A stretch of 56,657 nucleotides of DNA from Basidiobolus meristosporus CBS 931.73. Taxonomy: Eukaryota > Fungi > Basidiobolomycota. The stretch spans positions 1 to 56,657 of the forward strand of contig MCFE01000576.1 of NCBI GenBank assembly GCA_002104905.1, read 5' to 3'. The notes beneath the pieces are model-generated. The model was not told the origin of the DNA and made no database searches. It saw only the letters and a list, made by a program, of their open reading frames with translations. The position numbers and the translations under genes are program-made. The stretch's first letter is position 1, and every line of letters begins with the position of its first letter. Below are positions 24,067-38,134 of the stretch, piece by piece.

Positions 24067-26204
24067 TCTACACCGAATTCGGCCCCCTCACCCTTCTACC
24101 TCACCAACCTCTGCCGCTATCATTGTAGTGCAAGCAGCAGCCTCCATCGCTACTGCCACAAGGTGTGGCCACCAAAACCGGTTACTGTTATTACCCATAG
24201 AGTATGGAGCAATATATAAAGCGGAATATGTTCTCGTATCAATACCTGAGGTGTTTCCACCATCTGATTAGCCAGACGGCAAATGAGTATTTTAGGTGTG
24301 TTTCACAGTGATGCATACTTAGCCAATGTTTATGTAAGGGCGCACACAATACTTGTGTACTCACTATCGCCCAAACGCAGCAAATGAGCGATGGGTTCGT
24401 CGCATGGCTGTGCCCTTGACTCTACACAAGGTGGATGGCCCTGAGAAGGCACACCCTCGTGAGTCCCCAGCACCCTGGAGCCAAGTGTGCATGCTCCAGC
24501 AGGGCGTAGTGAGGCCCGCCTATGGAGCTGCCGGCCGTGGAGTTTCTGGTGCATCGTAGACGGGTGCCCTCACCACACAGAGCGAGCTGATTTGCCAGAT
24601 TCGGTCTAGGCACCCAGTACCCGTGCCGTGAGGAATGATGAATAGAGTGCACTTAAGCTTTATATTGGTGTAACCCAGGGAAACTATAGGTTAGGAAGGG
24701 CTGGTGGGTTCTGGCTCATCCCAAACGCACGATGCTCGCAGCTTATCATGTACGACGTGCTCGGCCACTCACCATTCGAGGAGCATTTGCTTGATCTAGA
24801 TGAATGTCCCGTAGAATACACGATCGGAAGGTGGGACAGGCCGACAACCTCGGCCATGGCCATTGGCTCCGTAAAAATAGGCGACTTGGCACTTGGCTTG
24901 GATGGCTCAACAGCACAGGCGGTGGAAAATGAATGGGATCACGCAGCGGGAAGGCACAAGCCTTTGTTGGCGCGAGTAGGCGCTGCAGGCAAGGAGGAGC
25001 CGGTCATCCGATCCAGAATACGCACACCAGTGGAGCATGTATCGACCAGCCCAATGCAGAGCCACTTCCTATTCAAGCATCATGTACTGCGTACGTGTCC
25101 CAAATAATCCCCTGCTGGGCTGAGCGTGTTTGGGTCAGTAATCGGTTTGTCTGATCAAGCGTCGCTCGACCTGAGCCGCCATCGCAGTCTTAGGCAGCGG
25201 GCCAATATCCCTGTGCCACCGAAGGGAAAGGCAATTAATTTGGGGTGTCTAGATACGTGCGGGATTTCGAGGTGCTTTCCTAACTCTGGCCTGGCTCCGT
25301 TGATTTGTTTCTGAAATCACGGCGATTTCTTGGCTAGATGCACCACTGGATGATCGGGGAAGCGGTTCTTTTCAGCCAGGGCTGGTTTGCCGCTTCCTAT
25401 CTAGGTAAGTCCATTGAATTGGTGAAATAGGGTTAATGATGCATGCCTTATTTGGCAGAAACCATAAATGCCGTTGCATCCGGTTTGGGAATGAATTGCT
25501 CATGGATTGTAACAACAATAATTAGCGGTATGGACCGAGTTTCATAATCTACTGAGCAGGCTCACATAGTCATACATACACTGCTGCCACAATTGTGACG
25601 GACTCGTGCAGTGATCATACAACAAGCATCGCCTAAATCGGCAGGTGAGGTTTCCTTTCTATTGCTTCCCCGTAAATAAGATGTTTAGGGTTATGTACGT
25701 TTGAGGAATCTTGAATTTATTGTATCGGATATTATTGCCCTATTTCATCTACTATTTTGGGCTGCTCAGTGGGCAAACAGAAACTCTTGTCCTATTATTC
25801 ACTGATCCCGCTGCTTCATCTACACTTATACCGTGAAATCATCGCTCTTCCTCCTTTTCCATTTCCTTTTCCCCTTTCAATTAGGTTTGAGGAACTTTTG
25901 TCTTCCCTAGTGTCCCCTTCCTTCCTCTTTCTCAACCATACACAGCCCTCCCTCGTGGAAAGCAGCGGCCCCAATTCCGCATCGTCCCCAGCATTGCAGC
26001 GTGGAAATTTCCTTCTTCAACGGCTTATTTAAAGTTGTTGGCTCGACCAGGCAACACTTGAGTAGATTCGTTCAGTAGCTCTGGTGTAGGTTTCAGTGGT
26101 TCGTGCTTACATACTATCCTCTGCAAGGCATTCTTCAAGCCACACCTCCTAACACTTCTCGTCTGAAAGGTCAGACTTCTAGAGCCTATACTAAAAGCAT
26201 CACC

Positions 26205-29200
26205 ATGAGTTTGAGCCCTCAGACTCAGAGCGGGGAGTTTCGTCTGGTTTATCTTAATTCCTCTTCGCGAAACAGCCAATTCAAATACCTCCATAATCGG
26301 ATATCAACTGCAAAATACAATTTTGTGACGTTCCTGCCAAAATTCCTCTTCGAACAGTTCTCTAAATATGCGAACATATTCTTCTTGTTCATATCTTGTA
26401 TCCAAGTGAGTGCTTTCCACATGTTGCCATGCTCCTTGTCAAATAGTAACCATGCTTCCGATCGTTCCTATCTTCAGCAAATCAAAGATATCTCCCCCAC
26501 GTCAAGGTTCTCCACCTTAGTACCATTGATTGTAGTGTTGATTGCTACTTCATTCAAGGAGATCTTTGAAGACTACGTACGTATTTTGCCGCCCTACCCA
26601 GTGTGGATGGATCGCACTGCTTGGCCAGCCTTATTCATTGAGATTACTTGATTCCAGAAACGCCATCAGTCCGACGCCGAGGCCAACAATCGCCCATGTA
26701 AAGTATTAGTAGGAAGCGCCTTTGAGGAGAAGCCATGGAGGGACGTGGTTGTTGGGGATATAGTACGTGTGTCCGACAAGGAGTTTTTCCCTGCTGATTT
26801 GATTTTGCTTAGCAGCAGTGAGCCAGAGGCTCTTTGCTACATTGAAACCAGTAACCTCGACGGGTAACGCTTCGAGTATTTCTATCGTTCCCCAGAGACA
26901 TGTGTTCCTTACCGTACTCTTGAATGTAGCGAAACCAACCTGAAAATCAAACAAGGACTTCAAGTCACCAGCCATCTAACCACTCCTAACGACGTTAGTG
27001 AGCTCCAAGGTAAAAAAAGCATGCGTTTCCCACTCTTGGATTCGGTCTAAACGGGGAAATCGTTGGCAGGATACATCAAGTCCGAGCTCCCAAACAACAG
27101 CCTATACACATACGACGGGACCTTGGTTATCACAAATGGGATGGCCGAGAAGATCATACCGGTCGATCCGAACCAGATTCTGTTAAGAGTAATGCTAGAT
27201 GAGCACCATATTGGAAACCCCTTTGATGCTGACCCTATCTTTGCTCAGGGCGCCCAACTGCGAAACACCAACTGGGTCTACGGGGTGGTTGTCTTCACCG
27301 GACACGAGTCCAAGCTTATGAGAAACGCCAGGTACGTGTTTCCAGTATGTAACATGTGAGCCAAGCTGAAACTGAATCGCCGTATGTCGAACAGCGCAAC
27401 CCCCATCAAACGGACCAATGTCGAGAAGATGACCAACCATCAGATCCTCTTTTTGTTTGGCATTCTGGTGATATTGAGTCTCGCCTGTGCTGTTGGATCG
27501 CTGATCCGTCGGGTAGGTTTCCTTTCGATTGCTCGCCATCGCTGCATGCACTCACGGTCGTTCCATCCTCCAGATCTATTACACGCAGTACATGGGCTAT
27601 TTGCAGCTGAATAACACCAACATGTGGGCAGAGTTCGGAATGAACATCCTCACCTTCCTGATTCTATTCAACAATTTGATCCCAATCAGGTATGGGTCCA
27701 TATCACTCGCCTCGGGGTCACTCGAGTCCTAACATCATGCTAGTCTGATTGTCACAATGGAGGTCGTGAAGTATCAGCAAGCTGCTCTTATCAACTCGGA
27801 TCTTGACATCTACTACGCCAAGACCGACACGCCGGCCTTGGCTCGAACCAGCTCTCTGGTCGAGGAGCTTGGACAGGTAAGCACCCGTCATTAGCATCAG
27901 CGAGCCCGTGTGCCTGCACTGACACCTGTCCCCTCCACGAAGATCGAATACATCTTCTCTGACAAGACCGGCACACTCACATGCAACGAGATGGAGTTCC
28001 AACAATGCTCCATCGGTGGCATCGGCTATGCCGACAAGATCGACCCATCGAAGAAGAACCAACTCTCCGAGGGGAACTCGGCCGTCGGCCAGTACGATTT
28101 CAACAAGCTTCACGAGAACCTGCAGTCCCATTCCACCTCGTCTGTTATCCGCGAGTTCTTGACTTTACTGGCCACTTGCCACACCGTCATTCCGGAGCGC
28201 AATGAAAGCAACCCCGACGGTAAGTTGGATGATACACTGTCTAGCTAGATTCGTTCAGCCCGACTCAACCTAAATGCCTGTGTTCTAGATATCACGTATC
28301 AGGCCGCCTCCCCTGACGAGGGAGCACTGGTGAAAGGTGCATCCCAGCTACGCTATGTGTTCACCGTAAGTGTTTGGTTCGGATCTATCACATGGAGGAT
28401 CGATTCTCACATGCCACCCTAGACTCGTCGACCCAAGTCCATCACAGTCGAAATCTACGGCGAGGCCAAGGAGTTCGAGATCCTGAACATCTGCGAGTTT
28501 AACAGTACCAGAAAGCGCATGTCCGCTATTGTCCGCGGCCCTGATGGAAAAATCAAGTTGTATTGCAAAGGCGCCGATACCGTGATTCTGGAGAGGCTTG
28601 CGCCCAAGAACCCATTCGTGGATGAAACACTGGCTCATCTAGAGGTACAGCCACAATCCAGGGTACGCTCTGAGTCGAACGTACTGACCTTCTATCCATT
28701 TCTCCGTGTGTGTAGGAGTACGCGACCGAAGGCCTGCGTACCTTGTGTATCTCCATGCGCGAGATTCCGGAGGAAGAGTATCAGGCCTGGTCCGTCATCT
28801 ATGACAAAGCAGCCACTACATTGGTGAATCGACAAGGGGAGCTAGATAAGGCGGCTGAGATGATCGAGAAAAACCTTTTCTTGCTTGGAGCCACCGCTAT
28901 CGAGGACAAACTGCAGGACGGGGTGCCTTCGACCATCCATACGCTTGCTCAGGTATGTTCTAGAGGAGATCGTGTATGGGCGAGGGAGTGACTGACGTTT
29001 GGTGTTTCTGCAGGCTGGTATCAAGATCTGGATTCTAACTGGCGACCGTCAAGAGACGGCCATAAATATTGGCTACAGTTGCAAGCTTTTGTCGGAGGAC
29101 ATGCGGTTGCTGATCTTCGAACAGGAATCCCGCGAGGCGTTCGCTAAGGGATTGGACGAAAGATTGGCTGCGGTCCGGAATGCGAAGCAGAGCGTCCTGG

Positions 29201-30726
29201 AAAGCGAGCCACTCGCTCTGGTGATCAATGGATCGACCTTGGCCTTCGCCCTGGAGAAGGAGTATGAGGTTCAATTTCTGGAGCTGGCGACGAAGTGCAA
29301 AGCGGTTATATGCTGCCGTGTGTCGCCCCTGCAAAAAGCCTTGGTGGTCAAGTTGGTGAAAACACATCTGAAGGCGATCCTCCTGGCCATCGGGGATGGT
29401 GCCAACGATGTCAGCATGATCCAAGCTGCCCACGTGGGAGTGGGGATTAGCGGTATGGAGGGTTTACAGGCTGCACGTAGTGCCGACTTTGCCATCAGCC
29501 AATTCCGCTACTTGAAGAAGCTTTTACTCGTGCATGGTGCATGGAGTTACCAACGGTTGAGCAAATTGATTCTGTATTCTTTCTACAAGAATATCACCCT
29601 CTATATGACGCAGTTCTGGGTAAGGTTCAATGTTGCAACTCGTTTATTACGCCTAGTGGCTAATGCATCGCCTTTTAGTTCACTCTCTTCAATGGATTCT
29701 CAGGCCAGGTAAGATTCCCCCATTCCGCCAAGGTTGCTGGACATTATTCTAATGGGATTTCACTAGACGGTGTACGAATCGTGGACCATCACCTTGTATA
29801 ATGTGTTATTCACCGTAATGCCGCCAATGGTCATTGGTATCTTTGACCAATTCGTTAGCGCAAGAATGCTTGACCGTTACCCAGAGATGTACAAGTTCGG
29901 TCAGAACAAGGAATTCGTAAGTAGCAACATTGCAGCACCCCCGGAGCGCCACTTAACCATATCTTTTTCAGTTCAATGTGCGGATATTCTGGGGATGGAC
30001 GATCAATGCATTCTACCACTCGATGATCCTGTACTTTTTGGCGATGCTGTTCTTCCTTGATGATTCCATCCTAAAGGGTGGCACGATTGGAGGTCAATGG
30101 GTCTTTGGTACAACCCTCTACACCGCAGTGCTTGTAACTGTTCTGTTGAAGGCCGCACTGGTTACCGAGTAAATATGAGGTGTTCTACGCTGGTTATGCA
30201 TATCGTTTCTAATGGAGTTCTTGTTTAGCCTATGGACCAAATACACCTGGCTAGCAATTCCGGGCTCCTTCATCATTTGGCTCATATTCTTCCCGATCTA
30301 CGCCACGGTTGCGCCGTTACTCGGCATAGCGGAAGAGTACGACGGATTGTTGCCTGTACTCTACGGCAACCCTATCTTCTGGTTTACCATCCTGGTGATC
30401 CCCACTGTTTGCATTCTGCGAGATTACATTTGGAAATTGTGGGTAACTTCTTCAATCCTTAAGCTGACCCCTGACTAACCGTCAATTCCACCGCCAGCAT
30501 GAGGCGCATGTACTTCGCGAAGCCATATCATTGCGTCCAAGAGATCCAGAAGTTCAACATTCCTGACTATCGACCACGCATGGAAAGATTCCGCAAGGCG
30601 GTGAACAAAGTCCGAATCATCCAAAGAATGAAGCTGAGCCGTGGATACGCCTTTTCCCAGACTGAGTCTGGCCAGGCCGGACTAATCCGAGCATACGACA
30701 CAACCAGACGGAAACCCTCCGGCTAA
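26205..30726 (+). CDS. DRS2: P4-type ATPase phospholipid flippase (Drs2/ATP8A), many introns
   Basis: [102 protein letters not shown]-terminal GYAFSQ. Confidence 0.96.
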
Positions 30727-31571
30727 GCGATCGACCACTCATGGCTTATTCCTTCTTTTTGGACTCGTACCGCACTTTTTGTTTCCCCAACCCCCCCCCC
30801 ATCCTCCTACTTGGCCCACCTAATTGAAACCTTCCATCATCTTCATAGCACTCTTCATGCGGCTACTCGGAAGTCACTTGCTTCTATTAATTGTCGTTGA
30901 AAACAATAATTCTATTTCTCGAATATCTCTTGATTTTGTTGATCAACACAAGGGTTCGTCCACCCGAAGTGCCATCTGAACCCCCCCCCCCCTCACTCTA
31001 TCCTGGTGGTGCCGGACCGACCTAAACACTACCTTATTTTCTAATCACCTTACCCTTGCCGCGACGATTCCACCCACTAGAAGATTGCGCCCTTGTGTCC
31101 AACTTGGAGTCTACTCTTTGCTATGGGCATGCGTTAGTGTAAGCACCTCGGTCGATCAACCGTCGCCTAATTCTCAATAAACGAAAATTTTAATTGACAC
31201 GTCGGGTGGTCCTGGGGGCCAACGAGTGCCTGCCCAGGTGCTGCGTATCCATGGTGATTCCGGGGAATCCACGATCCAGCATTAAAGTCTCGTTCTAGCG
31301 CTCGCCGACCACTCATCTTGCTTTAATAACGAATATCGTTTGGTGTGGTGATGGCTGACTGTAGGAAATCTGGCCGATGGTGCTCATCGATCTAGCCCAC
31401 CTGATGTTGGTTGGCCCGTAGACCCCGGCTCTGGGTGACGGGAGTAGACTCCAGCGATGACAACAACGTCATTGCTGAGTGGAGTCGATGATTCACGGCT
31501 TGCATGACGTCATACGACTGATGTCCACTATATATTCCATGGGACTGGCTAAAGAATCCACAATCACAACC

Positions 31572-31938
31572 ATGTCAGACCGAAGCAACCAAGAACCAGG
31601 TAATTCTTCCACAGCCACATTTGACCCGAAGGCTTATTCACCCATTTCTAGCGCAGCATGATTACAATCTACGCGACTCCACCCAATCCACGCGGGACCA
31701 TCCGGGTGGCCTTGTAGACCCCTTGGCCGGAACGGACCCGATGGATCCGGCGCTAGCTAACCACGGCAAAGATGTCTCCCGCCAGGTCTCTGGCTTCGTC
31801 GCCGCCTCCCATCGATCGGGTCGCACATCGGAGCAGAAAGAGCAATCAGCCTTGAAAGCCAGTAATTTGTATGAGGAGGTTACCGGCGACCCGCTTGAGA
31901 TCAATGAGAAGGGTGAAGTGGTGACTGAAGAGACATGA
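31572..31938 (+). CDS. Small hydrophilic protein (about 104 aa), Con-6-like; intron 31600-31651
   Basis: ATG31572 MSDRSNQEP; GT31600..AG31651 restores frame into AQHDYNLRD...RQVSGFVAASHRSGRTSEQKEQSALKA...; AATAAA at about 31967. Confidence 0.6.
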
Positions 31939-32454
31939 GAATTCCCTCCCCCCCAGTTGCTGTACAATAAATAAACTGTTTGAGCAATCGATATCTTAAT
32001 CTCATTGTCTCCATCGCACTTGGTCTACGGCTGGAGTTGCATATGGGGACGGAGGATGTTATGGCTGGGAATAGTCACTCATGGCCGTCATTCATATTGA
32101 AAGTAAACGGCTTGAACTAAACAATACATCCACCACAGCAATGGAATTCAACCAAGACTAGGAAGCCAAGGGATCCAATTCATGAAATCCTGATAATAAA
32201 CCACAGCATTGGGGATACATAGCAGTACTATCGATTCAGGTATATCCGCAATTAATTTGGTTGACCGCCCCATCAAAGATCACCTGGGGTTCATTTGTGG
32301 TTCAAACATACAGCCGTTAGGTGGTTTCAGGGTTCAGGCGGGGTTGGGTTACAGGAATATATTGATAAGTTATATGGTCGTGCGGATATAAAGATTGCTA
32401 GACTGCCTAGACTAGAGATCGGTGCTACTTCCTAATGTTTGGGGTCGCTGCAAC

Positions 32455-34407
32455 TTAATCTTGGTCGTCGATCTCATGGATTTTTCCGGACTGCATCGCC
32501 TCGACCACGGGATTCTTGACCTTGACCACGCCAGTCTTGTTAAGTCGTTCAAACAAGACAAAAAGCCTCTCGGCTTCGCGCTCTTTTTCTTCGTCGGTCA
32601 TGGTTGAGAGATCCGGTGGTTCGTTGTCCAGGTACTGCCCCGTCACTGGATTGATCTCTGCTCCGTCTTCTCCCTGGGAATGTGAATTGGGGGGCGCGAA
32701 TGGAATCCCGTGGTTTGTCAAGAAACCTATGGCATTGCCGTACCCAACATGGGCTACAAACTTGGAGGAATCCTGGTCACAGAGTGTAAACAAGAATTCG
32801 CCAACTGTATCCTTCGTACGGCTCATGGCCCCTGCTGTCAAGAGTGAAATCAGGAAATCGGAGACACTTCGTCCCTTGCCTAGCGGCTTGGAACGATCGC
32901 TATATATTCAAATAATTTCAGCGGGACTGTAGTTGATGTCAATTTTGTGAACATAGCTTACATGTCGTCAGGTAGCAGTTGCTCTTTCATCAGATCGTGA
33001 GCCGCAGGGTTCTCTTTGGCAATGTTACTCATTAGAATCAAGAAGGGAGGGAAGAAGGTGTCCATGTCCTCTGAAGACCGAGACTCCTCGGTGGAGCGAA
33101 GGTTTGATACGCTCACCAATATCTCGATCAATTTGGTTACCAAAGCAAGGGGTTCGGCCGAATCCTCTGGGAACCACAGCGATTCGAAACCAATAATTGA
33201 AATGTTGAGCAGTACATGCATAGCATGAGAATGCGGTGGTGATATAGGGGCCGAGGGCTCACAGGGGATTTCGGTTATCACTCGAATGAGAGTCGGGATC
33301 AAACTAGCAAGCCAAAGTTAGAAAGATGCTATGTAGGAAGGGGTAGCCGTGGCAACAGATCACTACCTTGAATAATTTGCCGACAATTCTTGCTTGAGAG
33401 TTCGATCTGCATTCGCTGTGTCTTTGGATTCGACGGAAGAGGTGAAGTTTGTAACCATGTTGAACAGCATTTTCAGATATTCGCTGATGGTCATTTCAGG
33501 ACTGAATTGAGACGGGGAAGTACCCGGCTGAGTGTCAATACATTGGCAAATTATCTATATTCAACTAATAGATCAGACCACTAATGCATTAAATACGTGA
33601 GCACGTTTACCCACACTGCCGACTTTGTTTAAGAATTCGGGGTTGTTTGCCAAAACGCTTACGGATTTCGAGTTGGAGACTGTGGCAAGAAACAGAATTC
33701 TCCCAAACAGGAATTCCGAATCTCTGGAGAGGGGAGCGGACTAGAGGGGATTTCAATTTCAAAACTTGCGCTCTAGGGTGAGACAATTGAGCATAGTTAC
33801 GAGTAGTTTAGAAGCCAGGAGATCTGCTCCGTCTTGACTGTAGAAAAGTTCCCGTGTGCCTGGGTCGAGCAGTAGGCAGTTCGCCAAGCATCTCAGGCTT
33901 TCCTGTGTGACAGCTGAATCATCCAAACTGACGGTTGGTAGCAAGCCTGCATGTCTCATCAGAGCTCGGATCCCCTATTCATAGAGGTGTGTGAGCAAAA
34001 AATTTGCGAATAGCTATGAATGTTGAGACAGACTTCAGTTGTGTATAGATTCTTGGCTGTTTCGACCTCGCGGCATAGCATTTTCAGCCCTTGTAGCACA
34101 AATAACAAGGCTGTACGAGGACTAGTGAGTAAACTGAACAGAAACATACTTTTGGAAAAATAGAAGATAAACCTTGTGCATCCCAGTGGGAGAATATCTC
34201 CTCATTCGCTAAATCGGAGACCAAGGCAGCTACCAAGTTCTGTCGTGATTGTAAACTGCTTGCTAAAAGTAGAGAGATGAGCGGCCCTGTGAGAATTCGA
34301 AGGTATGATGAGTTTCGGCTACCTTGTGATCTAGCCAGATCGTTGCCCAAGGCCTCAGTTATTGATTTAGAGTTTCGTCTATCTTCCAAGGAGGTGTAGA
34401 ACTCCAT
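32455..34407 (-). CDS. RIC8: Synembryn/Ric-8 G-alpha chaperone/GEF, multi-exon
   Basis: ESLRCLANCLLL, VGEFLFTLCDQDSSKFVAHVGYGNAIGFL, INPVTGQ, MTDEEKEREAERLFVLFERLNKTGVV. Confidence 0.92.
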
Positions 34408-34753
34408 TGTGCTTCCAAAAGAGGCAAAGGGAGATTAGGCTCATTGCGCATTTACTGAAGATTATTTGATCAGCCCCCTTTAACCAAAATGAACTGGATG
34501 TTGATTTCTGAGTGGTGGCCGAAGTTTCCTCACCCTAGATTTCTCCATGATGCCGAATAATAGGGAGAATGCCAAATACTTCGTATGGCGATCTTGTATG
34601 GCAATCCATCCATCACACACATTAATTCCCAAACCATTGGTGACTCGCATCTTTTAATCACGTAGGAGTGCTATTAGCAATATCTTAAACAGTCACACTC
34701 TATTTTGGCCTATTTTAACGTTCCCTTCGGTTCCCTGCCCTCGAAACTCTTCA

Positions 34754-36739
34754 ATGGAGCAACTTCTTATAAATTTAACTGCCATTTCAAAGCGTAGTCT
34801 GTTGGTTGGCGAGAATCTATGCTCGGAAGCAAATGAGTTAGTCGAAGATTGCCGAGCTCATTTGGAACTCATTGAGATGCTCTATCCGAAGACAAAATTT
34901 CTCAGTGAGGAATTGACTTTTCAACTAAAGGTTGCCGCCCTTACTCACCCATATAAATAGTATTTCTTGAGTCTAATGATTTCTTCCATACCAAGATTCT
35001 AGAGAATTTTGCCACGTGCTATCAGAAGCAAACCTCCAATCTATCTACATTCGTATTGGTAAACTCTGCTCATATTTTCTTGCAATCGGCCTTCTTTTCC
35101 GCACAGAGCGAGTAAGCTTATGTTAACATGCTCTAGGATCAAGAAGAAAGAGTAAAAGATGCCACGTCCTGTCTAGAAGAAGTGTTTTTTCTGCTGAAAA
35201 ACATAACTGTGGATGACGGGATTATCAGAAACGCTATCGAATCTGGAATAGCTGTACACGGAGGAAAAGCGAAATCTCCCTTGAAAGAGAGTTCGGAAAA
35301 TATGACGCTTTACGATTACATCGATGAACAAAGCGTCGCTTCGCTGAAAAAAAATACCCAACTAGAGCTGGCGTACCTGAAGGTAATGACCCTTTCGCTC
35401 TTCCATATGGAGTGGCTTTAACATTTCCCAAGGATTTATTGAGGGACTCTCTAAATGACTGCAAGAAACTCAACAACTGGCTCGAAGACTTCAATAGCTT
35501 GAACAACTCGTCAATTACATTCGAAGAATCCGGGTTCACTTATTCTATTGAAACTCGACAAAGACAGGAGGACGAAACCAACCGAATGGCTGATGTGCTT
35601 TTATCTCTTGCAAGACACTACGACCAAGTTAGCTCTGTTCTGAAGTAAGACGGTGCATGTAGAGATCACACTGACCCGAGGCGGTTACTAATATTTGGTC
35701 TAGAGTCTGCCAGTCTCAGTCGGAGGATGAGTTCAATATAGATATATCAGGTTTGTAGCGCGGGGTTGCGTGTTTTACGATAAAAGCTGAGCAAGGCTCG
35801 ATTCGGATAGTTTTGGAGAAAGACACGGACGAAATCCCGTCAGTTCTTGAGGATTTAGAGGAATCGTTACAGATGATTGAGGCCATTAGGTAAAGGGCTT
35901 TGCGAATATTGGACTTTGTGGCTGTATCTCATGCACCATTCACAACAGCGAGGACGTTAAGATCCGGAACCAGCTTTACGCTTCAGTTCAAAACGAGCTT
36001 GTGAATCTACTGACCAAGATCGATGAATGCTCTTCGGAAATCAGCAAAATCGTGGAGAACATCAAATCAACAAAGGTAGCGCCTTTGTAATGAATGCTTG
36101 ATAACATGCAATCACCAGTAACGCGCATGTAGCTTGAATTCTCGCGTCGCCGGAGCTCATTAGAAGGATTTTCTGATGAGCTGTACAACTTGGTCGCATG
36201 GTACTAGGGCTTTCATCACGAATAAGCCATCGATGCCTACTTACAATACCCGGCTAGGTACCACGAGTTTTCATCCTCATATCATCATCTCGTCATCGAG
36301 ATCGACAGGCGACACCGTGTAGAGAAATACCACCAAGAGATCGCAGAAGACTACAGCAAAGCATTGCAGGAACTTCATTTGGGTATGGTGCCTGCGGCCT
36401 AGCATTCTAGTGCCTTTTAATTTATTGACCCGTATCTAGCTGAGGAGCGCGAGCGACATTTGTTTTTCGAACAATATGGGCCTTATCTCCCCATGGATCT
36501 TTGCCCCTCCATTGCCGTGAGTTATTCGCTGAGATTTTCCGTAGATATCGCTAATGCTAAGCTATTCAGGAACTTCCGGTGCTCTATGAGATACGGCCGG
36601 ATGCGTTGTCCAACCTGCCGGATATCTCTGCCAAATCTGTCAAAGAGGTAAGCCCGCTATTGCAGATTGGTTGATGGCTGAGCGTACTCAATCCTTCTCC
36701 AAGGCAATCACACGGCTCTCTAATGAGCAACAGTCATAA
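34754..36739 (+). CDS. ATG17: Autophagy scaffold Atg17, multi-exon, divergent from RIC8
   Basis: SKRSLLVGENLCSEANEL, MADVLLSLARHYDQ, HLVIEIDRRH, FFEQYGPYLPMDLCPSI; last exon 36704-36739 inferred from splice sites. Confidence 0.82.
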
Positions 36740-38134
36740 TATCCAGCACGATGTTTTGGGTCTTTTGCTTGGCTTGTATTCTTGGCAATGCACACTGCCC
36801 CGACATCGTCGTCAGGAAGATGATACGCTTCATCTGCTTTATTTACTAGCTGATTTTGTCAATAAAGCGATAGTCTACGAATGGGGTTGTTTGCCCGAGT
36901 CCATCTGAGGTTCAACCATGTTTGGGTTTCATCGGACTTGTAGCTTGGGGCAGACGACAGTATTCCTCATGGCCTTAGAATTGGAGTCATTTTCTCAACC
37001 AAAACACGTGACAGCTCGCCCTTAGCTTTGGTTTAGCCTAGGCGACTTGTAAGGGCTGCCCACTCAACTCTAAGCGATCTGCTCAGTGATAGCATGTTTG
37101 ATGATGCTTGTAGAATATGTCGCAACGTCATCCTACCCAATCGCCGAGCTACAAAATGAGCGCAGCTAGAAAAGAGTTTGTTCCGCGCAGACTCACAAAG
37201 GCTGATGAAGGTCATTAGTGATGCCCAGTATCATACATGCCTCGGGGTCGAAAGCTGGATGGTGCTACACAATTTGGCAGGTAGTCCCACGGAAGTCTTG
37301 GGGATGAGCCAAATGCACGATGAATATTGGATCCACCAACGATGAACAGTCTCAGCAGTCAAGCGGTTAAATTTACAAACAAACGATATAACCAGCAGAG
37401 TCAGGAGGCAACTTCTGAGTCAGTGATGGGAGTTGCTTGATGGCAACCCCCTAGCAGAGATGTATGATCACCCGACCGCAGAGCTCGTCATGCCAACACA
37501 TCCTCATCTTTCCAGCGAAATGTCGGCTGTGATCAGCTCTATCGTGTAACGTTCACAGAGTAGGAAGCTCCTAACACAGTGAAACATGGCACCACTGGTT
37601 TTCATTTCATAGGATTTCCAGTCTCCAAGCACTCCTTATTATCGAAACGTATCCAATGGCACCACTGATGCGTAGGCCAAATGCTAGGTAGCGTAGGTCG
37701 GATTGATGATGCAACATATCGTGCCCTGGGTAGGCATAGCCTGGCGAACGCTTGGTATTCTCGGCTGTCCATGTTTACTCCACCGTAGCATGTAGGGTGT
37801 TAACCCTCCTCCTGATGAGGTGGTAATATCCCACCCTCGTCATCCAGACCCAAGACGAGTAGACAAGTATCAAGTATCCGCCGCAAGTGCCTTACTTTCC
37901 CATCATTAGTTTATTCATTCGGATGCATATTACCACCATACGCCAGTTAATAATCAATTTCCCAAGAAAGGGTTGAATAAATAGCGATCACAGAATCTGA
38001 GCCAATCCCAGCTCACCAACGGGGCTGTGATAAAGTCACACTTCTACTGAATATAAACGACGTCAGAGGGAGCGATAGAAGGTGTTTGCGTTGGCGCAGT
38101 GACTCTCAAATCAGCCCTTCTACTATATTCTCAA

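Noticed and set aside
24330-25314. ORFs downstream of rfs, considered as a siderophore transporter
   Set aside because: No TM pattern or MFS/ARN motifs
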